Assembly (NCBI GenBank): GCA_047456305.1
Contig: CP179888.1
Location: 317,307 to 381,306, forward strand
Reading direction: 5' to 3'
Length of the DNA: 64,000 nt
Origin: Candidatus Nealsonbacteria bacterium
Lineage (GTDB): Bacteria; Patescibacteriota; Minisyncoccia; Minisyncoccales; CAZKCU01
Shown: piece by piece, positions 1-8,230 of the stretch
Layout: each line of letters begins with the position of its first letter
Position numbering within the stretch: position 1 is the stretch's first letter
The notes under the pieces: generated by a model
Told to the model about the DNA's origin: nothing
Database searches by the model: none
What the model saw: the letters and a program-made list of their open reading frames with translations, nothing else
Made by a program: the position numbers and the translations under genes

Positions 1-89
1 AAATGTTCAGCTCAGCTGAAGATTTCTTCGCCAAGAGCGAACAAATTTAAGATAAAATTGAAAGAGTAGATAGGCCTATAATAACTTTT

Positions 90-123
90 GGTCGAAGAAC
101 ATTCGTTCTTCTCCAGCTTCGCT
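90..123 (+). repeat. Family A repeat, copy A1 (forward, 3'-truncated)
   Basis: GGTC-GAAGAAC ATTC GTTCTTC-TCCAGCTTCGC, ends 3 nt before ATG at 126; matches hairpin-1 plus linker of copies A3/A4/A7. Confidence 0.6.
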
Positions 124-125
124 AT

Positions 126-335
126 ATGAAGAAAAAATCAGCCATTACAAAGGAAATGACTATTGGTGAGGTTATCAAAAAATACCCAAAGGCAGTTTTT
201 GTTTTTATTGATTATGGACTCCATTGCGTTGGTTGTCCGATGGCAATACCAGAGACAATTGAAGAGGCAACTAAACTTCATCAGATTGACCTAAAAAAGT
301 TTTTGAAAGATTTAAATAAAGCAATTAAAAAATGA
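126..335 (+). CDS. small DUF1858-like redox disulfide domain protein
   Basis: 69 aa ORF with central HCVGCP motif and the overall pattern of hybrid-cluster-associated small proteins. Confidence 0.55.
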   Translation: MKKKSAITKEMTIGEVIKKYPKAVFVFIDYGLHCVGCPMAIPETIEEATKLHQIDLKKFLKDLNKAIKK

Positions 336-361
336 AATTTTCCATTCAGACCAAAAAATTA

Positions 362-383
362 CCCCCACCAAAAATGGTGGGGG
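362..383 (+). terminator. stem-loop terminator after ORF 126..335
   Basis: CCCCCACCA AAAA TGGTGGGGG, a 9-bp perfect stem followed by TT-rich sequence. Confidence 0.5.
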
Positions 384-389
384 TTAAGT

Positions 390-418
390 TTGAGCTAAAA
401 GCAAGTGTTTAGTATAAT
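390..418 (+). promoter_or_regulatory. sigma70-like promoter for yjbQ-like gene
   Basis: TTGAGC, 17-nt spacer, TATAAT; the -10 box ends 8 nt before ATG 427, implying a very short leader or none. Confidence 0.4.
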
Positions 419-426
419 TAATTAAT

Positions 427-831
427 ATGAGATTTTGCATTAGTACAAAAGGTTTTAATGATATTATTGATATTACCTCCCGGGTTTCTCAGATAGTTAA
501 AAATTCCAAAGTAAAAGATGGAGTCTGTTTAATATCTTCTCCTGGTTCAACTTGCGGGATAACTACTATTGAATATGAGCCGAATTTAGTGGCAGACTTT
601 AAAGAATTTTTAGAAAAATTAGCCCCCTCAAATAGAACTTACCGCCACGACCAGACTTGGGGAGAGGCAAACGCGCCTGCTCATATTCGCTCAGCCTTGA
701 TTAAACCTTTTTTAGCAGTATCAATTGAAAATGGGAAATTGGTTTTAGGAACTTGGCAGCAAATCGTATTCTTGGATTTTGACAATCGGCCGAGAGAAAG
801 AGAAATAATGGTGAAAATAATTCATGCTTAA
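427..831 (+). CDS. YjbQ/UPF0047 family protein (secondary thiamine-phosphate synthase-like)
   Basis: 134 aa; typical length and motifs (GITTIEYEP, HIRSAL, GTWQQI) of the UPF0047 family. Confidence 0.75.
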   Translation: MRFCISTKGFNDIIDITSRVSQIVKNSKVKDGVCLISSPGSTCGITTIEYEPNLVADFKEFLEKLAPSNRTYRHDQTWGEANAPAHIRSALIKPFLAVSIENGKLVLGTWQQIVFLDFDNRPREREIMVKIIHA

Positions 832-872
832 GTCTGTCGGTTAAATTATCAAATTGCTATTAATTTTGACTG

Positions 873-1532
873 GTGGCCTTCTTTAAAATGAGAATTTCTT
901 TATTACCCAATCGGGTTATAAAATATTTAATATTAAGCGATTTGGCCTTTTGGACCGGCTGGGGATTAATTACCCCGATTTTTGCCATTTTTATTGTTGA
1001 AAGAATTGAAGGAGGGAATGCCTTTATTGTCGGAATTGCCTCTGCTACTTACTGGATTACAAAGTCCTTATTAAGAGTTCCCATCGGAGTGTTTTTAGAT
1101 GCTTGTCCTTCAGAAAGAGATGATTATTTTAGTTTGGTAGCCGGACTTTTTATTGCAGCTTTAGTTCCTTTTGGACTTATTTTTGTTACAACTCCCCTGT
1201 CTCTCTATATTATGCAAGGATTTCATGGATTAGGTTTAGCACTGAGCCTTGCTGGCTGGACAGCCATTTTTACTCGCCATATTGACAAAGGTAAAGAAGC
1301 TACTGAATGGAGTTTAAATGCTACCTCAATTGGCTTGGGGACAGGGGCTGCTGGAGCAATCGGTGGTTGGGCAGTAACCCGGTTTGGTTTTACTCCAGTC
1401 CTTCTTGTAGTGGGAATTCTTGGTTTAATTGGAGTGGTCTTACTTTTTGGTTTAAGAAATCAAATAAAAGGGGTTTTCGATCACGGCTTCCATTTTTCTT
1501 TTAAAGACGTCTTCCAGCGCGAAGAAAAATGA
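873..1532 (+). CDS. polytopic membrane protein, half-size MFS-like
   Basis: 219 aa with about 6 hydrophobic segments; GTG start; no specific motif recognised. Confidence 0.35.
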   Translation: MAFFKMRISLLPNRVIKYLILSDLAFWTGWGLITPIFAIFIVERIEGGNAFIVGIASATYWITKSLLRVPIGVFLDACPSERDDYFSLVAGLFIAALVPFGLIFVTTPLSLYIMQGFHGLGLALSLAGWTAIFTRHIDKGKEATEWSLNATSIGLGTGAAGAIGGWAVTRFGFTPVLLVVGILGLIGVVLLFGLRNQIKGVFDHGFHFSFKDVFQREEK

Positions 1533-3259
1533 AAAATCAAGAAATAGCTAAAATATTATATGGAATAGCCCAATATCTCGAGATGGAAGGAGTGGCTTTC
1601 AAGCCCTATGCCTATGAGAAGGCAGCCCTGACTTTGGAAACCTTGGAGGAAGATATTGAAGAAATTTATAAAAAAGGGGGGATTAAAGCCCTAAAAGATA
1701 TTCCCGGGATAGGAGAAAGCATTGCCGAGAAAATTGAAGAATATTTAAAAACCGGAAAGATAAGGTATTACCAAGAACTTAAGAGAAAAACTCCGCTGAA
1801 TCTCGGAGAATTAGTAGCTGTGGAGGGAATGGGCCCAAAAAAGGTAAAAGTATTATACCAAAAATTGGGGATTAGAAATTTAAAAGATTTAGAGAAAGCA
1901 GCCAGAGCTCACAAAATTGCTCCTCTCTTCGGTTTTGGGGAAAAAACTGAAAAAAATATCTTGGAGGGGATAGCTTTTTTGAAAAGAAGTAAAGGAAGAT
2001 TTCTTTTAGGAGAGATTTTGCCAGTCGTTAAAGAAGTTTATGAAAAATTAAAAAGTTTAAAAGAAGTTGAAAAAGTTGATTCGGCAGGTTCTATCAGAAG
2101 AATGAAAGAAACAATCGGCGATGTCGATTTTTTGGTAATTTCCAAAAATCCAGAGAAAGTTATGGATTTTTTTGTTCAGCTACCTGGGGTTATTAAAATT
2201 TGGGGCAAGGGCAAAACTAAATCATCGGTTAAAATGAGAGAAGGTTTCGATATGGATATTAGAGTGGTGCCAAGGAAAAGTTATGGTTCGGCTCTCCAAT
2301 ACTTTACTGGTTCAAAAGAACATAATATCGCCACCAGAAAAATTGCCATACAGAAGGGTTTAAAACTGAATGAATATGGAGTTTTCCGGGGGGAGAAACA
2401 GATTGCTGGGAGAAATGAAGAAGAAGTTTATAAAATCTTAGGGATGACTTGGATACCTCCTGAGTTGAGAGAAAACCAGGGCGAAATTGGAGCAGCCCTC
2501 CGACAGGCTCAGGGTAAATCAAATGGGTTACCAAAGTTAGTCGAACTAAAAGATATTAAAGGTGATTTACATTGCCATTCCAAATGGGATGGAGGAACAA
2601 ATACAATTTTTGAGATGGCCGAAGCTGCCAGAAAAATGGGATATGAATATTTAGGAATTACTGATCATACTAAATTTCTACGAATTGAGCATGGCTTGGA
2701 TGAAAAGAAATTAGCTTTACAAAGAAAAGAAATTGATAAATTGAATAGCCGATTAAAGAATTTCAAAATTTTTCAGGGAGCAGAAACAAACATTTTAAAT
2801 GATGGCTCAATTGATATAAAAGATGAGGCATTAAAAAAATTAGATTATGCCATAGCCGGGGTTCATTCTAGTTTTAAAATGGAAAAATCTAAAATGACCG
2901 AAAGAATTATTCAGGCAATGAAAAATCCCTATATTAAAATTATTTCCCATCCAACTGGGAGAATATTGAAGAGAAGAGATGAGTATCAAATTGACTTTGG
3001 CAAGATTTTAAGAGCAGCTAAAGAATTTGGAGTAATTTTGGAAGTTAATTCTTTTCCAGAAAGGTTAGATTTAAATGATAAAAACGTTAGAGCGGCCAAA
3101 GAGATGGGAGTTAAAATAGTCATAAATACAGATTCTCATCGCAGAAGCCAATTAAGGTATATGGAGTTTGGAGTATATCAAGCTAGGAGAGGATGGGCAG
3201 AAAAAAAAGATATAATTAATACCCAACCACTTGAGAAATTGTTGAAATTTTTCAAATAA
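1529..3259 (+). CDS. polX: DNA polymerase X family protein with C-terminal PHP domain
   Basis: 576 aa; N-terminal HhH/pol-beta-like region (GIGESIAEKI, GDVDFLV) and PHP histidinol-phosphatase motifs (GDLHCHS, ITDH). Confidence 0.85.
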   Translation: MKNQEIAKILYGIAQYLEMEGVAFKPYAYEKAALTLETLEEDIEEIYKKGGIKALKDIPGIGESIAEKIEEYLKTGKIRYYQELKRKTPLNLGELVAVEGMGPKKVKVLYQKLGIRNLKDLEKAARAHKIAPLFGFGEKTEKNILEGIAFLKRSKGRFLLGEILPVVKEVYEKLKSLKEVEKVDSAGSIRRMKETIGDVDFLVISKNPEKVMDFFVQLPGVIKIWGKGKTKSSVKMREGFDMDIRVVPRKSYGSALQYFTGSKEHNIATRKIAIQKGLKLNEYGVFRGEKQIAGRNEEEVYKILGMTWIPPELRENQGEIGAALRQAQGKSNGLPKLVELKDIKGDLHCHSKWDGGTNTIFEMAEAARKMGYEYLGITDHTKFLRIEHGLDEKKLALQRKEIDKLNSRLKNFKIFQGAETNILNDGSIDIKDEALKKLDYAIAGVHSSFKMEKSKMTERIIQAMKNPYIKIISHPTGRILKRRDEYQIDFGKILRAAKEFGVILEVNSFPERLDLNDKNVRAAKEMGVKIVINTDSHRRSQLRYMEFGVYQARRGWAEKKDIINTQPLEKLLKFFK

Positions 3260-3261
3260 CT

Positions 3262-3702
3262 ATGCCAGTAGAAAAATCAGCCGGAGCTATAATTTTCCGA
3301 CGAGGGAACAAAAAAATAAAATATTTATTATTACACTATCCTTCTTCAACTAAGGTGGCAGGAGAATATTGGGATTTGCCCAAGGGTCATATCAAAAAAG
3401 GGGAAAAGGAGATTGAAACCGTGAGAAGAGAAGTGGAAGAAGAAACCGGATTGAAAGACATTGAATTCTTAGAAGGCTTTAAAGAGTGGATAAAATATTT
3501 TTTTAAATTTAAAGAAAAAAACATCCTGAAATTTGTTACTTTTTATCTAGCTGAAACGAAAGAAGAAGACATTAAAATTTCTTTTGAACATATTGGATAT
3601 AAATGGTTTCCCTATAAAGAGGCGTTAAAACAATTGACATTTAAAAATGCCAAAGAAATCCTTAAAAAAGCCAATGATTTTATCATAGAACATGAAACAT
3701 AA
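3262..3702 (+). CDS. NUDIX hydrolase
   Basis: Nudix box GHIKKGEKEIETVRREVEEETGL. Confidence 0.75.
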   Translation: MPVEKSAGAIIFRRGNKKIKYLLLHYPSSTKVAGEYWDLPKGHIKKGEKEIETVRREVEEETGLKDIEFLEGFKEWIKYFFKFKEKNILKFVTFYLAETKEEDIKISFEHIGYKWFPYKEALKQLTFKNAKEILKKANDFIIEHET

Positions 3703-4006
3703 AACAAAATTTCAAAAACAAGTTTTCAAAATTGTTAAAAAGATTCCAAGAGGAAAAGTGATGACTTACAGCGAGATAGCTAGGAAAAGTGGTTATCCTA
3801 AAGCTTGGCGGGCAGTAGGGAATATCTTGAATAAAAACAAAGATTCAAAAATTCCCTGCCATAGAGTAATAAGATTTGATGGAGAAATTGGCGGTTATAA
3901 TTTGGGCAAAGAGAAAAAGTTAATTTTATTAAGAAAGGAAGGCATAGAAATAAAAAGGCGCAAGAAATCGCGCTTTTTTTGTTATTTATCCCCAAAAATA
4001 AATTAA
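3692..4006 (+). CDS. ogt: methylated-DNA--protein-cysteine methyltransferase (DNA-binding domain type)
   Basis: IPCHRVI active-site motif; about 100 aa. Confidence 0.8.
   Translation: MKHKTKFQKQVFKIVKKIPRGKVMTYSEIARKSGYPKAWRAVGNILNKNKDSKIPCHRVIRFDGEIGGYNLGKEKKLILLRKEGIEIKRRKKSRFFCYLSPKIN
3952..3981. terminator. bidirectional stem-loop between convergent ogt and rplT
   Basis: AAAAAGGCGC..GCGCTTTTTTT, a short GC stem flanked by an A-run and a T-run; overlaps both gene ends. Confidence 0.35.
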
Positions 4007-4350
4007 TCTTTTGCTTTCTCAACTATTTTTTCAAAAATTTTGGGATGACTTTGAGCTAAAGTAGCTAAGATTTTTCTATCTAACTCAATTTTATTTTTCT
4101 TTAAGCCAACAATGAATCGGCTATAGGAAATTCCTGCCTGGCGGCAGGCAGCATTAATTTGAGTTTGCCAGAGTTTTCGAAAATCTCTTTTTTTAGCTTT
4201 TCTGTCTCGATAGGCATATTTCCAGGCATGCATTAGAGCTTCTTTAGCTGCTCGATATTTTGCCTTTCTTCCCCAGCGAAAACCTTTGGCATATTTTAAT
4301 AAATGCTTTCTTCTTTTGTGAGCAATTTTTCCTCGTTTAACACGAACCAT
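4003..4350 (-). CDS. rplT: 50S ribosomal protein L20
   Basis: MVRVKRG..HKRRK..GFRWGR typical L20 sequence; in the infC-rpmI-rplT operon. Confidence 0.95.
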   Translation of the reverse strand: MVRVKRGKIAHKRRKHLLKYAKGFRWGRKAKYRAAKEALMHAWKYAYRDRKAKKRDFRKLWQTQINAACRQAGISYSRFIVGLKKNKIELDRKILATLAQSHPKIFEKIVEKAKD

Positions 4351-4361
4351 ATTGGGATGTT

Positions 4362-4547
4362 TTAGCCTGTTAATAGTTTCTTTATTTTTTTAGCTTCAGC
4401 TTTTGAAACCAGAACCAATTTTCGGCTTTTTCTAATTCTTTTCCCTGATTTTTTTGCTCGATAATGACTAAGGCCAGTTGGTCTTCTTAAGACCTTGCCG
4501 GTTTTAGTAAATTTAAAACGTTTTAAAATAGATTTTCTTGTCTTCAT
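4362..4547 (-). CDS. rpmI: 50S ribosomal protein L35
   Basis: 61 aa basic protein, MKTRKSILKRFKFTKTGKV, in operon context. Confidence 0.9.
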   Translation of the reverse strand: MKTRKSILKRFKFTKTGKVLRRPTGLSHYRAKKSGKRIRKSRKLVLVSKAEAKKIKKLLTG

Positions 4548-4552
4548 TTTAC

Positions 4553-4600
4553 AAGCTTCCGTAGGAAGCGAAGTTTAAGAAGAGGATTTATCCTCTTTGC
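4553..4600 (-). repeat. Family A repeat, copy A2 (forward relative to rpmI)
   Basis: + strand AAGCTTCCGTAGGAAGC-GAAGTTTAA-GAAGAGGATTTATCCTCTT; lies between the infC 3' end and the rpmI ATG; hairpin 1 overlaps the last infC codons. Confidence 0.65.
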
Positions 4601-5102
4601 TTTTTGAAATTATTGTTGTAAAACCTCTTGACTCTCTTTTTAATTCCCGCTCAATTTTTATTGGTAAAATCCCTTCTAAAATTCTAAGAAATTGGTTCAT
4701 TTTCTCTCTGGCAAAGTCAGGAAGGGCTTTTTGCCGGCCCCTTAAGATTAGTTCCACTCTGACTTTGTGCCCTTTTTTTAAAAATTTTTCTGCCAACTTT
4801 GCCCTAACTTCTAAATCATGTTGGGAAATTCCAAACCCTAATCTTATTCCTTTTAACTCACCCGAACTTTTTGGAGCTAACTTTTCTTTCTTTTTTTCCT
4901 GATAAAGATACTTCCCGTAATCCATTATTTTACAGACTGGCGGTATTACCTTCTCGGTGACTTGAATTAAATCTAAATTACGCTCCCTGGCTATCTGGAG
5001 CGCTTTTTCAATTGGCAAAATTCCCAGCTGTTTTCCGGTTTCATCAATTAACCTAACCTGAGAAGCCCTTATTCGATAGTTGACTAATGGTCTTTTAAAG
5101 AT
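4575..5102 (-). CDS. infC: translation initiation factor IF-3 (non-AUG start, 5' end approximate)
   Basis: The ORF-track M at 5018 is an internal TTG. The frame stays open upstream and encodes ..IFKRPLVNYRIRASQVRLIDETGKQLGI, the conserved IF-3 N-domain. Likely an AUC/AUU-class start near 5102. Confidence 0.8.
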   Translation of the reverse strand: MFKRPLVNYRIRASQVRLIDETGKQLGILPIEKALQIARERNLDLIQVTEKVIPPVCKIMDYGKYLYQEKKKEKLAPKSSGELKGIRLGFGISQHDLEVRAKLAEKFLKKGHKVRVELILRGRQKALPDFAREKMNQFLRILEGILPIKIERELKRESRGFTTIISKSKEDKSSS

Positions 5103-5120
5103 AGTTTTTAAGTTTTTGCG

Positions 5121-5519
5121 GGTGGAAGTGGCGAGTTGTGGTCTCGCATCTAAAAATCATCTTAAAATATTTCTACCAACATAGCCCAATTAGAATTTCT
5201 TAAGCTAAATAAGAATCGGGCAAAAATTTAGCTAAAGACCACCAAGTTTTTATTTTAGCATTATTTCCTTGATGCAAAAATAATACCTATCTCGATGAAT
5301 ATAACACCTAAATAGGTTTATCGAGAATCAACCGATTAGATGTACGCCTGAATTTCTTTAGGCGTAGGCAAGGACAGGAGCGCTGAAAGCCGAAGCCACA
5401 ACACTCTTTACCTTAGAAAGTAAGTTGGCACTTATTTCTGTTATTAGCAGTTTTCCAAGGAGCTAATACCTTGGTTGGCATATTTTAATTAGATTTCTAT
5501 CGAATCTTTTTACACTCCC
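5121..5519 (-). ncRNA. ssrA: tmRNA (SsrA)
   Basis: 5' GGGAGUG pairs with 3' CACUUCC-ACC, giving the G3:U alanine identity pair; 5' AGAUUCGAU matches the conserved GGAUUCGAC box; T-arm GCGAG-ACCACAA-CUCGC; PK1 (CCAAGG/CCUUGG with UAUUAGC/GCUAAUA); candidate tag ORF 5429..5358; adjacent to smpB. Confidence 0.85.
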
Positions 5520-5520
5520 A

Positions 5521-5976
5521 TTAAAATTTTTTAAGAGCTTTTGCTATTTCTCTTTGGATTTCTCTTTTTTTAATTAATTCTCTTTTATCAGCTTTTTTCT
5601 TTCCTTTTGCTATTCCGAACTCTAACTTTATTTTCCCATTTTTAGTATATAACCTAAGGGGTATCAAAGTCAAGCCTTTTTGTTTTGATTTACCAATTAA
5701 ATATTTAATTTCTGATTTTTTAAGAAGAAGTTTTCGTGTTCTTTCTGGATTATAGTCTTTTGGCGCATTTTTGGGTTGATAAGGAGGAATATTAAGCCCA
5801 ATCCAAAAAACTTCCTCATCCTTTAAGACCACATATGAACCAGCCAAACTTACTCCCCTTGTTTTTATTGATTTCACTTCCTGCCCAATCAAAGAAATTC
5901 CTGCCTCAAATTTTTCCAGGATTTCGTAATTAAAATAAGCTTTTCTGTTTTTGGCCAATACCTTCATCTCTTTCAT
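5521..5976 (-). CDS. smpB: SsrA-binding protein SmpB
   Basis: 151 aa, NRKAYFNY..GTEVKS-like motifs; next to tmRNA. Confidence 0.95.
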   Translation of the reverse strand: MKEMKVLAKNRKAYFNYEILEKFEAGISLIGQEVKSIKTRGVSLAGSYVVLKDEEVFWIGLNIPPYQPKNAPKDYNPERTRKLLLKKSEIKYLIGKSKQKGLTLIPLRLYTKNGKIKLEFGIAKGKKKADKRELIKKREIQREIAKALKKF

Positions 5977-6005
5977 TTTAGCAAAAATGTGTTAAATTAG
6001 AAGTA

Positions 6006-7607
6006 ATGATTCGTCAAGAGATAGCAAAATTAATAGAAAAATCAATAAAAGTCCTCCAAAAAGAGAAGGATTTGCCTCAATTTGAAATTCCCGAGATTGA
6101 GATTGAACATCCGGAGGAAAAAATTCACGGCGATCATGCCACAAACATTGCGATGGTAATTGCAAAGAAGGTGAGGAAGAATCCGATGGAAACAGCCAAC
6201 TTGTTAAGTTTAAAGTTTAAGGTTAAAGGTTTAAGGTACCTCGACAAAGTTGAGGTAGTCAAACCAGGATTTATTAATTTTTTTCTTTCAAAAGAATATT
6301 TACAACAGAGAATTGGAGAAATTTTAAAGAAGAGAGAGAAATTTGGTGAATTAAATATTGGTAAAGGAAAGAAGGTTCAGGTAGAATTTATTTCGGCAAA
6401 TCCAACAGGTCCTCTAACTGTCGGTAATGCTCGAGGTGGTCCTTTCGGTGATGTTTTGGGAAATGTTCTGAAAAAAGCAGGATTTAGGATAGAGAAAGCT
6501 TATTATATTAACGATTATGGAATGCAAATTTTAGCTCTTGGTCATTCTATTTTGAAAGATAGCGAAGCGAAATACAAAGGTAAATATATTGATGAACTTA
6601 CCAAAAGAATCAAAGAAAAAGAGCCCTATAAGGCAGGTGAGAGTGCAGCCAAAATTATTATTGAGAATTTTATAAAAAAAACTATAGATAAATTGAAAAT
6701 TAAGTTTGATGAATGGTATTCAGAAAATAAATTACACAGAGATTCTGAAGTTGATAAAACCTTAAAATTTTTAAAGAAGAAAGAATTGCTTTATGAAAAA
6801 GAAGGAGCAATTTGGTTCCAAAGCTCGAAATTTGGTGACAAAAGAGACAGAGTGATGGTAAAGTCCGATGGACCAAAAACCTATTTAGCCGGAGATATTG
6901 CTTATCACCGATATAAATTTGAAAAGAAGAAATTTGATAAGGTAATAGACATTTGGGGAGCAGACCATGCTGGTGATGTTGCTGGACTTCAAGCCGGGGT
7001 AGAGGCTTTAGGTTATAAAGGTAAACTTGATATTTTATTGCTCCAGTTTGTAACTATACTTGAAAAAGGGGAAAAGCTGAAAATTTCAAAAAGGAGAGGA
7101 ACTTTCGTTACTATGGATGAATTACTCCGAGAGGTAGGAGTTGATGTTGCTAGATTCTTTTTTCTCCAAAAATCAGCTAATACCCATTTAAATTTCGACC
7201 TCACTTTAGCCAAAAAACAGTCAGAGAAAAATCCGGTTTATTATATTCAGTATGCTCACGCCAGAATATGTAGTATTTTGCATAAAGCTGTTAATGTTGA
7301 ACGTCAACAAGGTTCTTCCCGGCAAGTCTTCAAACTATTAAATCATCCAAGTGAACTAGAGCTTATTAAACAACTGGTTAGGTTTCCTGAGATTGTTGAG
7401 GATACGACAAAGGATTATCAGGTTCAGAGATTGCCTCAGTATGCATTTGAACTTGCCCATCAATTTCACCAATTTTATAGAGATTGTCAAGTTTTATCAG
7501 ATAACAAAGAATTAACTGAGGCAAGATTGGCTTTAATCTCAGCCACTAAAACTGTCGTAAAAAATGTTTTAGATTTGATGGGCATTTCCGTTCCAGAAAA
7601 GATGTAA
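6006..7607 (+). CDS. argS: arginine--tRNA ligase
   Basis: 533 aa; SANPTGPLTVGNARG (HIGH-region equivalent), class I fold, DALR-type anticodon-binding C-terminus. Confidence 0.95.
   Translation: MIRQEIAKLIEKSIKVLQKEKDLPQFEIPEIEIEHPEEKIHGDHATNIAMVIAKKVRKNPMETANLLSLKFKVKGLRYLDKVEVVKPGFINFFLSKEYLQQRIGEILKKREKFGELNIGKGKKVQVEFISANPTGPLTVGNARGGPFGDVLGNVLKKAGFRIEKAYYINDYGMQILALGHSILKDSEAKYKGKYIDELTKRIKEKEPYKAGESAAKIIIENFIKKTIDKLKIKFDEWYSENKLHRDSEVDKTLKFLKKKELLYEKEGAIWFQSSKFGDKRDRVMVKSDGPKTYLAGDIAYHRYKFEKKKFDKVIDIWGADHAGDVAGLQAGVEALGYKGKLDILLLQFVTILEKGEKLKISKRRGTFVTMDELLREVGVDVARFFFLQKSANTHLNFDLTLAKKQSEKNPVYYIQYAHARICSILHKAVNVERQQGSSRQVFKLLNHPSELELIKQLVRFPEIVEDTTKDYQVQRLPQYAFELAHQFHQFYRDCQVLSDNKELTEARLALISATKTVVKNVLDLMGISVPEKM
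6204..6238. repeat. 7-nt periodic tandem array H1 inside argS
   Basis: TTAAGTT TAAAGTT TAAGGTT AAAGGTT TAAGGTA; translated LSLKFKVKGLRY. Confidence 0.75.
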
Positions 7608-7610
7608 TAA

Positions 7611-7666
7611 GGAACCGTTCGCTTCGCTCACTGTAATCGCTTCACGGTTAAAGCTTCGCGATTAAT
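7611..7666 (+). repeat. Family B repeat, copy B1
   Basis: GGAACCGTTCGCTTCGCTCACTGTAATCGC..GCGATTAAT, ends at ATG 7667. Confidence 0.7.
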
Positions 7667-8230
7667 ATGCAAAATACTTATTTCATTTTGAGACATGGCC
7701 AAACAATTTATCAGACAAAAAAGAAAGATTTTATTTATCCTTGGCCAGAAATTTCCCCTGTTAAATTAACTCAAAAAGGAAAGGTAGAGATTAAAAAAGT
7801 AGCCAAATTGCTTAAAAAAAAGAAGATTGATTTAATTTATTCTTCCGATATTTTTCGAGCTCGTCAGACAGTCAAAATTATAAATAAGGAATTAGGGTTA
7901 AAAATAATTTTTGATTCAAGGTTACGAGACATAAATTTGGGGATTTACCATGACGGCAAAAAAGAGGAATTTTATCAAGATTTTCCGAGAGTTTTTCCAT
8001 TAAGATTTATAAAAAGACCTCCAGGTGGAGAAAGCTGGCAAGACTGCCAAAAAAGGATGGTAAATTTTTTAAAAGAAATTGACAAAAAATACAAAAACAA
8101 AAAAATCTTAATTGTCAGCCATGGCGATCCTTTGTGGCTTTTGGAGGGAGCGGTAAAGGGCTTAGACAATGAACAACTTTTGGAGCAAGAGTATATAGAA
8201 GTTGGCGAACTAAGGAAACTATGTCCATAG
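7667..8230 (+). CDS. histidine phosphatase family protein (phosphoglycerate mutase-like)
   Basis: N-terminal RHGQT catalytic motif and C-terminal SHGD motif. Confidence 0.7.
   Translation: MQNTYFILRHGQTIYQTKKKDFIYPWPEISPVKLTQKGKVEIKKVAKLLKKKKIDLIYSSDIFRARQTVKIINKELGLKIIFDSRLRDINLGIYHDGKKEEFYQDFPRVFPLRFIKRPPGGESWQDCQKRMVNFLKEIDKKYKNKKILIVSHGDPLWLLEGAVKGLDNEQLLEQEYIEVGELRKLCP

Noticed and set aside
2304-2534. Many ORF-track entries antisense to or nested in conserved genes. Examples: 1307-1504, 2304-2534, 3798-4022, 4597-4902, 7013-7213, 8257-8604, 11084-11461, 15658-15996, 22531-22947, 28621-28962, 29647-29997, 35056-35406, 42766-43059, 45618-46004, 46095-46475, 60319-60528.
   Set aside because: Each lies entirely within, or opposite to, a long ORF with clear family motifs. 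Their translations are low-complexity or hydrophobic shadow sequences typical of AT-rich genomes, and none has a start context or motif of its own.
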